Assembly (NCBI GenBank): GCA_017999645.1
Contig: JAGNLJ010000007.1
Coordinates: forward strand, 207 to 64,206
DNA from: Alphaproteobacteria bacterium
GTDB taxonomy: Bacteria > Pseudomonadota > Alphaproteobacteria > Micavibrionales > Micavibrionaceae
Direction: 5' to 3'
Length of the DNA: 64,000 nucleotides
Of the stretch, positions 38,757 to 47,904 are shown piece by piece. The stretch's first letter is position 1, and each line of letters opens with the position of its first letter. Under the pieces are notes generated by a model that was not told where the DNA came from, did not search any database, and was given only the letters and a program-made list of their open reading frames with translations. Both the position numbers and the translations under genes were made by a program.

Positions 38757-40459
38757 ATGCGGAGCTCCGTGTACGGCTTTACTTGATTGGTGCTGTAGGA
38801 TTCGTCGGTTTCAATCAGCTTGCCGTTTTCAAGGCGGCAGAAGCGCGTTGCCAGTCCACGAATATTGCAATCGTCAGAAACCAGGACCATGCTCGCACGT
38901 CCTTTCAGCCGGGCGAGAAGGCTGTAAACGAGATTGTATCCTTCGCGATCAAGTGCGCGGTCGGCATTGTCGAAAAGGATGATGCGCGGCTTGGGTGCCA
39001 GCACGCGCGTCATGGCGATGCGCTGCTTGAGACCCGGCGGAATACTGTCGGTGTTGGTGCCTGTGAGCAACGTGTCAAAACCAGAAGGCAGGCGGGCGAT
39101 ATCGCGGTCGAGTTTCAGCAGCGCGGCAATTTCCTGTACTTCTTTTTCAGGAATCTGACCGAAGCAGGTCATGTTGTCGCGAATTGTGCCGCGGAAAATC
39201 ACACCTTCGGAACGGATCAAGCCGACATGACGGATCAAATCTTCCGAAGCGTAGCGCAGGATGTTGCGGCCATCGATATTGATAGTGCCTTTTCCGGGCG
39301 GGTAAATACCGGCAAGAAGCTGGAGAAGAAGCGTTTTGCCCGAACCATGCGCGCCGGAAAGCAGGATGCTTTCCCCGCGTTTGAGGTCGAGATCGAGATT
39401 GTCGAGCAACCAGGGCTTGTCGTCGGAATGACGGAAAGAAAGTTTTTCAATTTTGATGGTGCCTTCGCGCACAGAATTTGCATCGTTAGCGGGCGTGCCG
39501 GGATATTGCGGTGTTTCAAAAATCGCCTCGACCTTCTGGCGTGCCAGCGCGTAATCCTGGTACCTAGCCCAGAGGCCCAGCGCGCGTTGAATTGGTTGCA
39601 TCATCCGTCCGGAAAGCAAGATAGTGGCGATCAGCGCGCCTGTCGTGATATGGCCGTGCAAGGCAAACAGCGCCCCGGATACAATGACGGCGGCAACCAT
39701 GATGTGCGAGAAAACAGCGCCAGAATCAAAGGTGCCGGATGTCGCTTTTGTAACGTTGTAATTGGAAAGTGTAGAAGTTTCCTCGAGCTTCTCATAGCGG
39801 CGCGCAAAATTATTCTCCAGCGCGAAGGATTTGATCGTATGAACGCCATCCAGTCCCTCAATCAGGAAGTTATAACGTTCATCGTCCGTTTCATCGCGCT
39901 CTTTCAGTGCACTGCGCAATCTCTGGCCCTGCGCCAGCGAAACAATCGTAAAAACCATCAGCACGGCGCAGGGTACGGCGGCGAGAGGACCCGCGATATA
40001 AATGATAAGGCCGAGAAAAACTGGCACGAAAATCATTTCGAACAAAACCGTCAGCGCATAGCCGTTATAAAAATCCTTCAGCTTGGTCACTGCGCTCATG
40101 CGGTGAAGATGTTCGCCGATGCCGTAAGGGCCGAGGCGCGAAAGATCGGCCTCAAGAACATGATTCATCGCCGAGCAGGAAAGACGGTGTTCGTAAGCCG
40201 CCCCCGCCCAGCCCATGATATAGGCACGGGCCAGGCGCAGGGTCGCTTCCAGGGCAACGGCCAGTCCCACGCCTGTAATCAGGACAGGTAGCGTGCCGGA
40301 GCCGGGGTTGGGAAGGATCCGGTCATAGACCTGAAGGGTCATAACCGGCAGGGCAAGAGAGAGAATGTTGATGGCGAGGGTTGAAAGCAGGAGACTGCCC
40401 GTGCTCACGCTGTAGCCGTCAGGGCGAAGCAAATCTTTGTTGTGTTTGTGCTGGCTCAT
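38753..40459 (-). CDS. T1SS-type ABC exporter subunit B (TMD plus NBD, no peptidase domain, catalytic Glu missing)
   Basis: 568 aa. Walker A GAHGSGKT (39332-39355), signature-like PPGLKQRIAMTRV (39020-39040), Walker B IILFDNAD (38960-38983, Asn where the catalytic Glu is expected) and D-loop ALD. Confidence 0.88.
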   Translation of the reverse strand: MSQHKHNKDLLRPDGYSVSTGSLLLSTLAINILSLALPVMTLQVYDRILPNPGSGTLPVLITGVGLAVALEATLRLARAYIMGWAGAAYEHRLSCSAMNHVLEADLSRLGPYGIGEHLHRMSAVTKLKDFYNGYALTVLFEMIFVPVFLGLIIYIAGPLAAVPCAVLMVFTIVSLAQGQRLRSALKERDETDDERYNFLIEGLDGVHTIKSFALENNFARRYEKLEETSTLSNYNVTKATSGTFDSGAVFSHIMVAAVIVSGALFALHGHITTGALIATILLSGRMMQPIQRALGLWARYQDYALARQKVEAIFETPQYPGTPANDANSVREGTIKIEKLSFRHSDDKPWLLDNLDLDLKRGESILLSGAHGSGKTLLLQLLAGIYPPGKGTINIDGRNILRYASEDLIRHVGLIRSEGVIFRGTIRDNMTCFGQIPEKEVQEIAALLKLDRDIARLPSGFDTLLTGTNTDSIPPGLKQRIAMTRVLAPKPRIILFDNADRALDREGYNLVYSLLARLKGRASMVLVSDDCNIRGLATRFCRLENGKLIETDESYSTNQVKPYTELRI

Positions 40460-42405
40460 CCGAACAGCCCTCCGCCGCCGAATAATCCGCCGCCGCCGTG
40501 GTGATCGTTACCCAGCAGGCTTCCAAGGCCTTCCGCAACATCGCCCACAGGTTCAGGCAGGACGCCGCCAAGCGCATCGCCAAGCCCGCCGCCGATGATG
40601 TCACCGGCATCGGGCAGGATATTTTCCGGCCACGAAAGCGGGCCTTCACCGCCGCCAACGCCACCGGCGATATCGCCAAGGCCGCTGCCGGGCAGGCTGC
40701 CGATCAAATCAAGCGCAGCATCTATATCGAGATCGATATCACCGACAATATCCTCGACGGGATCGAGTTCGATATCAGCCAGATCAATATCAGGCGTATC
40801 AATGCCAAGCGGATCGAGATCTATGTCGAGGGCGATATCGGTATCGCCTGCGCCATTATCGGTTTCATAGTTGCCGAGAAGATCGAGATCAAAATCCGTC
40901 GCAACGCCGCCGTCGTTATCTAGTCCGGGCAGTAAGCCGTCGATAACATCGCCCCCTATATCTTCGAGAAATTCACCCGCTTCAGCGAGAAGACTGTCCT
41001 CGCCTGTGCCGCCAGCAAAATTGTCAACCAAACCGTCGGCTGTATTGCCGAGCAGGTCAGTCGCCACGCCTAGATCGATGTCGATATCGCCGACAATATC
41101 CTCAACCGGGTCGAGACCGATATTGAGTGTCGAATCAAGAAGTCCGTTATCCACGATATCAAGATCGAGGCCGAGATTGAGATCTGTGTCACCAGCACTG
41201 TGGTCCGGAGCGAACAGGCCGAGGCCGATGTCACCGAGTATGTCGACATCGCCGACAATATCCTCAACCGGGTTGAAGACGACATCCACAATGCCGTCGA
41301 TAAAATGCGCGTCACCGAGCAACGGCAATTCAATACCCAGGCCCAGATCCGTATCGCCAGGACGATGATCGTTATTACCATCCAGAATACTCAGAATGGA
41401 ATGCAGATCGACCAGCACAAGATTTTCTGTGCCCAGGATGGGGTCAAGGAGATTTGTAACAGGCGAAAGATCAATCACCTCATTGACAACATTAAAAACG
41501 GAATCGCCCGAGAGAATGTCGAGATCCAGATTCGTGACTTCGCCAAGGATCGTGTCGAGATGAACCGTAAGCCCGTCGCCGCCGAATATATTATTGAAGA
41601 AGTTATTGACGATATTGGTGACGTTATTCGTGATTTCGGTCAGGTTCAGGATATCAACGATATTTGTAATTTCCGTGATGGTCGTCGTGATAAGATTCGT
41701 GACGTCGCCCAGATCGATAATCGTCAGATCGCCAAGATCAATATCTCCAAGCTTGATAATGATGTCTCCAATGTCGATGTCGAGGAAATTGTCGATATCG
41801 ATATTGATGATATTGTGGCCGCCTTCGCCATTTGTTCCGTTAAGGCCGTCCGCGCCGTCGACACCGTTAAAGCCTTCGCCGTCGATTCCGTTAGTCGGTA
41901 TGAAGGGGGTGCCGCCGCCACCATTAAATACAAAACCGGAAGCTGCGAGCGGCAGAACTGTCGAAGCTGTGTAGCCGCCATTGTTACCTGCGCCAATGTC
42001 ACTAAAAGAAGTCGCATCTTCGGCAACATTGCGATCGGTGCTGATATCGTTGTTATTGGAATCGAGCGCGAACGGGCTGCTGGCGTTTGTGAATCCTGCC
42101 GCGAATGAAATCGCCGAGGCAATACCGCCTGAAGCTCCGGGCGCTTCGCCTGTGATAATGAATGGATCGGTGAGGGCCATAGCCTCGTTGGTCTGGCCAG
42201 CCTGCATCATAAGAAAATTCAGGTTACCGGAACCGAACAGGCTCTCGGTGACGCCGTCGAGATCTTCGGCGCTGTACTGATCAGCATCAAGCTTCGTGAC
42301 TGGCACGCTCATCTCAAAATAATCCGTGGCCGCAGATGAATTTTGCGGTTCAAGGCTGAGAGCGAGACCGCCCGAAGAGGGCGAATTGATCGGTGACTTT
42401 TCCAT
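40456..42405 (-). CDS. Hyper-acidic Asp/Gly/Ile/Leu/Asn/Thr repeat protein, presumed cargo of the adjacent exporter
   Basis: 649 aa. AGGAGG lies 8 nt upstream of the ATG, and the stop overlaps the next start (ATGA). About a fifth of residues are Asp/Glu, with only about 6 Lys/Arg and no Cys. It contains 3x GDTD(L/I)xL and 3x PVEDIVGD(I/V)D, and ends GGGGLFGGGGLFG. Confidence 0.8.
   Translation of the reverse strand: MEKSPINSPSSGGLALSLEPQNSSAATDYFEMSVPVTKLDADQYSAEDLDGVTESLFGSGNLNFLMMQAGQTNEAMALTDPFIITGEAPGASGGIASAISFAAGFTNASSPFALDSNNNDISTDRNVAEDATSFSDIGAGNNGGYTASTVLPLAASGFVFNGGGGTPFIPTNGIDGEGFNGVDGADGLNGTNGEGGHNIINIDIDNFLDIDIGDIIIKLGDIDLGDLTIIDLGDVTNLITTTITEITNIVDILNLTEITNNVTNIVNNFFNNIFGGDGLTVHLDTILGEVTNLDLDILSGDSVFNVVNEVIDLSPVTNLLDPILGTENLVLVDLHSILSILDGNNDHRPGDTDLGLGIELPLLGDAHFIDGIVDVVFNPVEDIVGDVDILGDIGLGLFAPDHSAGDTDLNLGLDLDIVDNGLLDSTLNIGLDPVEDIVGDIDIDLGVATDLLGNTADGLVDNFAGGTGEDSLLAEAGEFLEDIGGDVIDGLLPGLDNDGGVATDFDLDLLGNYETDNGAGDTDIALDIDLDPLGIDTPDIDLADIELDPVEDIVGDIDLDIDAALDLIGSLPGSGLGDIAGGVGGGEGPLSWPENILPDAGDIIGGGLGDALGGVLPEPVGDVAEGLGSLLGNDHHGGGGLFGGGGLFG
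40731..41278 (-). repeat. Three roughly 35-bp near-identical coding repeats (PVEDIVGDIDI units)
   Basis: GTCGA(T/C)ATCGCCGACAATATCCTCAACCGGGT occurs at 41080-41115 and 41242-41278. The variant GATATCACCGACAATATCCTCGACGGGAT lies at 40731-40770. Confidence 0.85.
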
Positions 42406-42593
42406 TGGGTTTTCCTCCTGGTACTCAGTAACGCATCATAAAAATTTACAACCATTAGTTTAATAACGTGTAAAAATTAGATGGCATTATTGTCATTGAA
42501 TACAGGCGTATTTGGCTAAAATTGAGAAAAGCAGGCGCGCTTGTATTTTCTTGAATATAAACTTATAGTTGTATATCTTCCGCAACGGAAGAC

Positions 42594-44006
42594 ATGGGTA
42601 TTCAGAACCGCCAATCCGGGGGAAATAACGTGCGCCGCTTCATATTTTTTTGCCTGCCATTTCTTATTTACGGGATCCCGCCAGCCATAGCGGAGGATTC
42701 GTCTCAGTCCGGGAACGCTACGCTCGAGCAGGTGCTCAGGCATGTCTATGTGAACAGCCCGGAACTTGAGGCGTCTCGTGCTGAATTACGGGCTTTGCAT
42801 GAACTTCATCCGCAGGCGCTGGCAGGTTGGAAACCGACAGCTGAAGTGGAAACCAGTGTCTATGCTACCGATATCGATAGTAGCAATTTTGCGAATGCCG
42901 ACGGCGCAACCACCAAGGACATTAATGTCAGCATCAACCAGCCTTTATATCGCGGCGGTAAGACGACGGCGGAAACGGAACGGTCTTACAGTCTTATCAA
43001 AGCAGGCTATGCGCGGTTTTTACAAAAAGAGCAGGAGGTTTTCCTGCGCGCGACGACAGCGTATATGGATGTTCTGCGCGACCGCACATTATTGAATCTG
43101 CGCATTAACAATGAAAAAATCCTGGGCGAAGAACTGGCGGCTGTGCGCGAACGTCATAACGCCGGCGATGTCACGCAAACCGATGTGCGGCAGGCCGAAG
43201 CTCGTCTTGCGCGTGCACGGGCCGAGCATGTCGCGGCCTCCGGGCAGCTGGAAAGCAGCCGCGCAGCGTTTGAGGCAATCACAGGCTTTGCGCCGAATGA
43301 AACATTATATGTACCCGGCACGTCGTTCCAGTTCCCGTCGGTCATCGAAGAAATGGTCAGCCGCGCCGAAACGGAAAACCCGGCGCTTGCCATATCTGTG
43401 AACCAGCATGAAGCCGCCCAGAATGATATCGACGCGCGTTTCAGCGAATTGCTGCCGCAGGTCTCGGCATTTGCTTCCTACAACAAGCAATTCGATCCCC
43501 AGCCGGGCGTGATTGATGAATCCGAAACGAAAACGATCGGTGTGCGTGCCAAGATTCCACTCTATGAGGCCGGCTTTGTCCGTTCGCGGGTGCGCGAAGC
43601 CAAAAGCATCGCCAGCCAGCGCAACCAGGAAGTGAATGAACAACGCCGCCTGATCCGGAGAGACATAACCGATAACTGGAAAACACTGGAATCGGCGCGT
43701 GCAGAGATCGCGGCGCGGAACGCGGAGACCGATGCTGCGCGCGCGGCGCTGGAAGGCGTGCGCGAGGAAGCGAAAATGGGTGAGCGCACGGTCCTCGATG
43801 TTCTGGACGCCGATCAGGATGTCCTGAGCGCCGAGGCGGCGCTGGCCCGCGCGCATCATGACGAGGTCATCGCATCCTATGCTCTGGCGGCGGCGATTGG
43901 CTGGTTGCTACCTGAAAAAATGGGCATGGCAGACATTGCGTACCAGCCCGGGCCGCATTACCGCGCGATGAGCAGGAAAATATTCAGCATGAACGCGGAA
44001 AAGTAA
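42594..44006 (+). CDS. tolC: TolC-family outer-membrane channel
   Basis: 470 aa with a signal peptide. Tandem TolC repeats are present, with LEQVLRHVYVNSPELEASRAEL and a second ...AEIAARNAETDAARAALEGVREE. Confidence 0.9.
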   Translation: MGIQNRQSGGNNVRRFIFFCLPFLIYGIPPAIAEDSSQSGNATLEQVLRHVYVNSPELEASRAELRALHELHPQALAGWKPTAEVETSVYATDIDSSNFANADGATTKDINVSINQPLYRGGKTTAETERSYSLIKAGYARFLQKEQEVFLRATTAYMDVLRDRTLLNLRINNEKILGEELAAVRERHNAGDVTQTDVRQAEARLARARAEHVAASGQLESSRAAFEAITGFAPNETLYVPGTSFQFPSVIEEMVSRAETENPALAISVNQHEAAQNDIDARFSELLPQVSAFASYNKQFDPQPGVIDESETKTIGVRAKIPLYEAGFVRSRVREAKSIASQRNQEVNEQRRLIRRDITDNWKTLESARAEIAARNAETDAARAALEGVREEAKMGERTVLDVLDADQDVLSAEAALARAHHDEVIASYALAAAIGWLLPEKMGMADIAYQPGPHYRAMSRKIFSMNAEK

Positions 44007-44082
44007 GGTTTCCGGCCTTTTCAAGGGCTTTTGTCGGCAGGAAAACTCGTTTAGAATCGTCTAATTCATGGAGGCGATTTAT

Positions 44083-45150
44083 ATGACAAGGTTATTGGCA
44101 GTTCTTGCGCTTTTTGCATTGTTGAGTGGGGCGCAGGCTCAGGCAGAAGCCCCGACGCTCGAACAGATCCGTGCCGACCTCAACCTCCAGCTTCGGACCG
44201 ATAACCCGCCCGCACCCATTGAGATTCTGAACGTTTCTTATGATCCTACGCGCGAGCTTTATACCGATTATAATGCAGCCTTCAAAAAATTCTGGAAAGA
44301 AAAATCCGGGCAGGACGTCGAGATCAAGCAATCGCATGGCGGCTCCGGCAAGCAGGCGAGGGCTGTTATATCCGGATTGAAAGCGGATGTCGTCACGCTC
44401 GCGCTGGCTTATGACATCGACAGGATTGCGGTCGAGAAGAAAGACAGCATGCCCGCAAACTGGCAGGCAAGACTGCCGAACAACAGCGCGCCTTATACTT
44501 CGACGATTGTGTTCCTGGTGCGTAAGGGTAATCCGAAGAACATTAAAGACTGGGGCGATCTCGTGAAAGATGATGTCCAGATTGTTACTCCTAACCCGAA
44601 AACCTCGGGCGGTGCGCGGTGGAATTACCTCGCGGCATGGGCCTATGCCGAAAAAGCTTTCGGCGGCGATGAGGCGAAAGTGAAGGAATTTGTCGGCAAG
44701 CTGTTTAAAAACGTGCCGGTTCTCGACTCCGGCGCTCGTGGTTCCACCATGACCTTTGTACAGCGCAATATCGGCGATGTTCTGCTGGCATGGGAAAATG
44801 AAGCGTTTCTGGCAATCAATGAACTCGGTCCCGATAAATTTGAGATCGTCATGCCCTCTATCAGCATCCTGGCCGAGCCTCCTGTCGCAATGGTCGATGG
44901 CAACGCCATTAACAAAAACGCAATAGAGGTTGCCCGCTTTTATCTCAGCTATCTTTATTCAAAAGAAGGGCAGGAGCTGGTGGCGAAGCATTATTTCCGT
45001 CCCGTAGATCCCGTAGTCATGGCAACTAAACGTGAAATGTTCCCGGAAATTGAAATGGTGACAATCGACAAGGATTTCGGCGGCTGGGCGGAAACGCAGA
45101 AAATCCATTTCGATGACGGCGCTATATTCGACCAGATCTACAAACCGTAA
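44083..45150 (+). CDS. cysP: Sulfate/thiosulfate ABC transporter substrate-binding protein
   Basis: [23 protein letters not shown]...[24 protein letters not shown] matches the Sbp/CysP family. GGAGG lies 8 nt upstream of the ATG at 44083. Confidence 0.9.
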   Translation: MTRLLAVLALFALLSGAQAQAEAPTLEQIRADLNLQLRTDNPPAPIEILNVSYDPTRELYTDYNAAFKKFWKEKSGQDVEIKQSHGGSGKQARAVISGLKADVVTLALAYDIDRIAVEKKDSMPANWQARLPNNSAPYTSTIVFLVRKGNPKNIKDWGDLVKDDVQIVTPNPKTSGGARWNYLAAWAYAEKAFGGDEAKVKEFVGKLFKNVPVLDSGARGSTMTFVQRNIGDVLLAWENEAFLAINELGPDKFEIVMPSISILAEPPVAMVDGNAINKNAIEVARFYLSYLYSKEGQELVAKHYFRPVDPVVMATKREMFPEIEMVTIDKDFGGWAETQKIHFDDGAIFDQIYKP

Positions 45151-45163
45151 ACGGATTTAAATA

Positions 45164-46018
45164 GTGGCCACCCTCGCATTATCACTGAAAAAACCAGGCG
45201 TAATTCCGGGATTTGGAATTACGCTGGGATTTACGCTGCTTTATCTTGCGCTGATCGTCATGATTCCGCTGGCGGGTCTTGTGATCAAGACACTCGAGCT
45301 AAGCTGGCAGGAATTCGTGGCGACCATTACCGACCCGCGGGTCGTTGCCGCCTTTGAAATCAGCTTCGGCATTTCATTTATAGCCGCGCTGATCAATGCC
45401 GTGTTCGGTCTGCTCGTGGCATGGGTGCTGGTGCGTTACGATTTTCCGTGGAGAAAAGCGATCGATGCCATGGTCGACCTGCCTTTCGCCTTGCCGACTG
45501 CCGTGGCCGGTATCGCATTAACCGCTCTTTACGCTCAAAATGGCTGGATTGGTCAGGTTTTTGCAAAATTTGGTATTGAAATAGCCTTTACGCCCGCAGG
45601 TATCGCTATAGCCCTTGTCTTTGTGGGCCTGCCGTTCGTTGTGCGCACTGTCGAGCCGGTCTTGCGCGATCTCGATCCCGAAATGGAAGAGGCCGCAGCC
45701 TGCCTCGGCGCTACACGCCTGCAGGTTTTCACACGCATTATCCTGCCGCAGGTTCTGCCTGCCTTGATGGCGGGGTTTGCAATGGCATTTGCCCGCGCTC
45801 TCGGCGAATATGGCTCGGTCATCTTTATTGCAGGCAACATGCCGTACAAATCTGAGATTGTTCCGCTCATCATCGTTATCAAACTCGAGCAATATGATTA
45901 TGCAGGCGCGACGGCGATTGCTCTCGTAATGTTGATCGCTTCGTTCATTATGCTCCTGATTATCAATCTCCTTATGAAATGGAGCCACGTGAGACGTGGC
46001 GGGGGGATGCGCGCATGA
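45164..46018 (+). CDS. cysT: Sulfate ABC transporter permease CysT
   Basis: GTG start, 6 TM segments and an EAA-loop region ([21 protein letters not shown]). Confidence 0.9.
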   Translation: MATLALSLKKPGVIPGFGITLGFTLLYLALIVMIPLAGLVIKTLELSWQEFVATITDPRVVAAFEISFGISFIAALINAVFGLLVAWVLVRYDFPWRKAIDAMVDLPFALPTAVAGIALTALYAQNGWIGQVFAKFGIEIAFTPAGIAIALVFVGLPFVVRTVEPVLRDLDPEMEEAAACLGATRLQVFTRIILPQVLPALMAGFAMAFARALGEYGSVIFIAGNMPYKSEIVPLIIVIKLEQYDYAGATAIALVMLIASFIMLLIINLLMKWSHVRRGGGMRA

Positions 46019-46860
46019 CCGATTATGCTCTTAATATACGCACCAATCACCCACTTGCGGAAACGCGCTCGGTCCGCCTTACATTAATTGGTACGGCATT
46101 GTTTTATATTGGCGTGATGATTTTTTTACCGCTAGTCGTCGTATTCATCGAGGCGTTGAGGCAGGGCATGGGCGCGTATATTGACGCAATCACCGAGCCT
46201 GACGCGCAGGCAGCAATCAAGCTTACTTTGCTAACCGCTTCTATTGCCGTTCCTCTCAATCTCGTTTTCGGTCTTGCCGCGAGTTGGGCCATCGCCAAGC
46301 ATGATTTCCGCGGCAAGCATTTGCTCATTACTTTTATCGATCTTCCTTTTTCGGTTTCCCCGGTGATTTCTGGTCTTATCTACGTGCTATTATTCGGCTC
46401 GCAGGCCGCGTTGGGCCAGTGGCTGGATTCCCAAAATATCCAGATACTGTTCGCTGTGCCGGGTATCGTGATTGCCACCATTTTCGTCACGTTCCCGTTC
46501 GTTGCACGTGAAATGATTCCGCTGATGCAGGAGCAGGGCATCGAGGAAGAGGAGGCGGCGATCCTGCTTGGCGCCACAGGCTGGCAGACATTCTGGCGCG
46601 TGACACTACCGAACGTCAAATGGGGGCTGCTCTACGGCGTTCTGCTTTGTAATGCCCGCGCCATGGGCGAATTCGGCGCGGTTTCGGTGGTCTCGGGCCA
46701 CATCAGGGGCGTTACGAATACCATCCCCTTGCATGTCGAAATTCTTTATAATGAGTATAATTTTGTCGCGGCCTTCGCAGTGGCATCGCTGCTTACCGTT
46801 CTCGCGCTTGTCACATTACTCATTAAAGAATGGCTGGAACCGAGGCTGGAGAAAGAATAA
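46015..46860 (+). CDS. cysW: Sulfate ABC transporter permease CysW
   Basis: The ATG at 46015 overlaps the cysT stop (ATGA). The EAA loop reads [22 protein letters not shown]. Confidence 0.9.
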   Translation: MTDYALNIRTNHPLAETRSVRLTLIGTALFYIGVMIFLPLVVVFIEALRQGMGAYIDAITEPDAQAAIKLTLLTASIAVPLNLVFGLAASWAIAKHDFRGKHLLITFIDLPFSVSPVISGLIYVLLFGSQAALGQWLDSQNIQILFAVPGIVIATIFVTFPFVAREMIPLMQEQGIEEEEAAILLGATGWQTFWRVTLPNVKWGLLYGVLLCNARAMGEFGAVSVVSGHIRGVTNTIPLHVEILYNEYNFVAAFAVASLLTVLALVTLLIKEWLEPRLEKE

Positions 46861-47903
46861 TGGGAATACGCGCCGATAATATTTACAAAATCTTCCGCGA
46901 CTTCATGGCGCTCGACGGCGTCAGCCTGAATGTAGGCACCGGCGAGTTGGTGGCGCTGCTCGGGCCGTCGGGCTCAGGTAAAACCACGTTGCTGCGGATT
47001 ATCGCTGGGCTGGAATTCGCCGATCTCGGCGAAATCTATATCGACCGCGAGGAGGCCAGCCATACGCCGGTCAAGGAGCGCCGCGTCGGCTTCGTGTTTC
47101 AGCACTATGCGCTGTTTCGCCACATGACCGTTTTCGAAAATATCGCGTTCGGTCTGCGGGTCAGGCCGAAGGAGAGCCGCCCGAGCGAAGGTGAGATCCG
47201 CAAAAAAGTTATGAAACTTATAGACCTGATTCATTTATCGGGTCTGCATAACCGCTATCCCGCGCAGCTTTCCGGCGGCCAGCGCCAGCGGGTTGCGCTT
47301 GCGCGTACGCTCGCTGTGGATCCGAAAGTTCTACTACTGGATGAACCATTTGGCGCCCTGGACGCAAAAGTGCGTAAAGAATTGCGCCGTTGGTTGCGAA
47401 AAATCCATGACGAGTTGAATATCACGACTATTTTCGTCACGCACGATCAGGAAGAAGCGCTCGAATTGGCCGACCGCGTCGTCGTCATGAACAGCGGAAA
47501 AATCGAACAGGTTGGCAGCCCTGAAGATGTCTATCACAACCCGGCCAACGCGTTCGTTTACGACTTCTTGGGTAATTACAACGCGTTTGATGGTTTTGTG
47601 GGAGAGGACGGCGAGTGCCGCTTGCTGAAGAACGGCGAGAAACTACCCGCAGGCACCGAGCGCGTCCGGCTTTTCGCGCGTCCGCATGACATGGAGATTA
47701 CGCCGCAGCCGCAGGATAAAAACGCAATCCCTGCGCGCATCATTCACATCAATCCGGCCGGGCCGATGGTTTCAATAGAGTTGGAGAACGAGCAGGGTAA
47801 ATTGCTGCAGGCAGCCGTAACGAAAGAACGTTTCATGGAGCTTGGGCTGGAAAAACGCCAGAACGTTTACCTGAAGGCGCGTGACATGCGCCTGTTCAAC
47901 TAG
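46860..47903 (+). CDS. cysA: Sulfate ABC transporter ATP-binding protein
   Basis: The ATG overlaps the cysW stop (TAATG). Motifs [22 protein letters not shown] and [11 protein letters not shown], plus a C-terminal regulatory domain. Confidence 0.93.
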   Translation: MGIRADNIYKIFRDFMALDGVSLNVGTGELVALLGPSGSGKTTLLRIIAGLEFADLGEIYIDREEASHTPVKERRVGFVFQHYALFRHMTVFENIAFGLRVRPKESRPSEGEIRKKVMKLIDLIHLSGLHNRYPAQLSGGQRQRVALARTLAVDPKVLLLDEPFGALDAKVRKELRRWLRKIHDELNITTIFVTHDQEEALELADRVVVMNSGKIEQVGSPEDVYHNPANAFVYDFLGNYNAFDGFVGEDGECRLLKNGEKLPAGTERVRLFARPHDMEITPQPQDKNAIPARIIHINPAGPMVSIELENEQGKLLQAAVTKERFMELGLEKRQNVYLKARDMRLFN

Positions 47904-47904
47904 A

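Noticed and set aside
38783-40291. A 502-aa ORF on the plus strand, opposite ABC subunit B.
   Set aside because: It is an antisense shadow of a well-supported ABC gene. The translation is Arg/Ala/Gly-rich with no recognisable motifs and no SD.
40498-42108. Several 90-300-aa ORFs on the plus strand and in alternate frames across the cargo gene (40498-40923, 40871-41368, 41200-42108, 41594-41974).
   Set aside because: These are artefacts of the repetitive GAT/ATC/GGC codon composition of the minus-strand gene. Only the 40456-42405 frame has an SD, operon coupling and a coherent repeat architecture.
40456-42405. Repetitive DNA that might be taken for a CRISPR array or non-coding tandem repeat.
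   Set aside because: The repeats are in frame inside one long ORF, are irregularly spaced (about 162 and 348 bp), and have no unique spacers or cas genes.
40456-42405. Calling the cargo an RTX toxin.
   Set aside because: I could not find canonical GGxGxDxUx nonapeptide repeats. The Gly/Asp motifs have different periodicity, so I call it only a presumed T1SS cargo.
42367-42405. A double-glycine (SSGG) leader at residues 10-13 of the cargo as a C39 cleavage site.
   Set aside because: The leader is short and lacks the conserved hydrophobic positions of GG leaders. It is kept only as a low-probability hypothesis inside the cargo finding.
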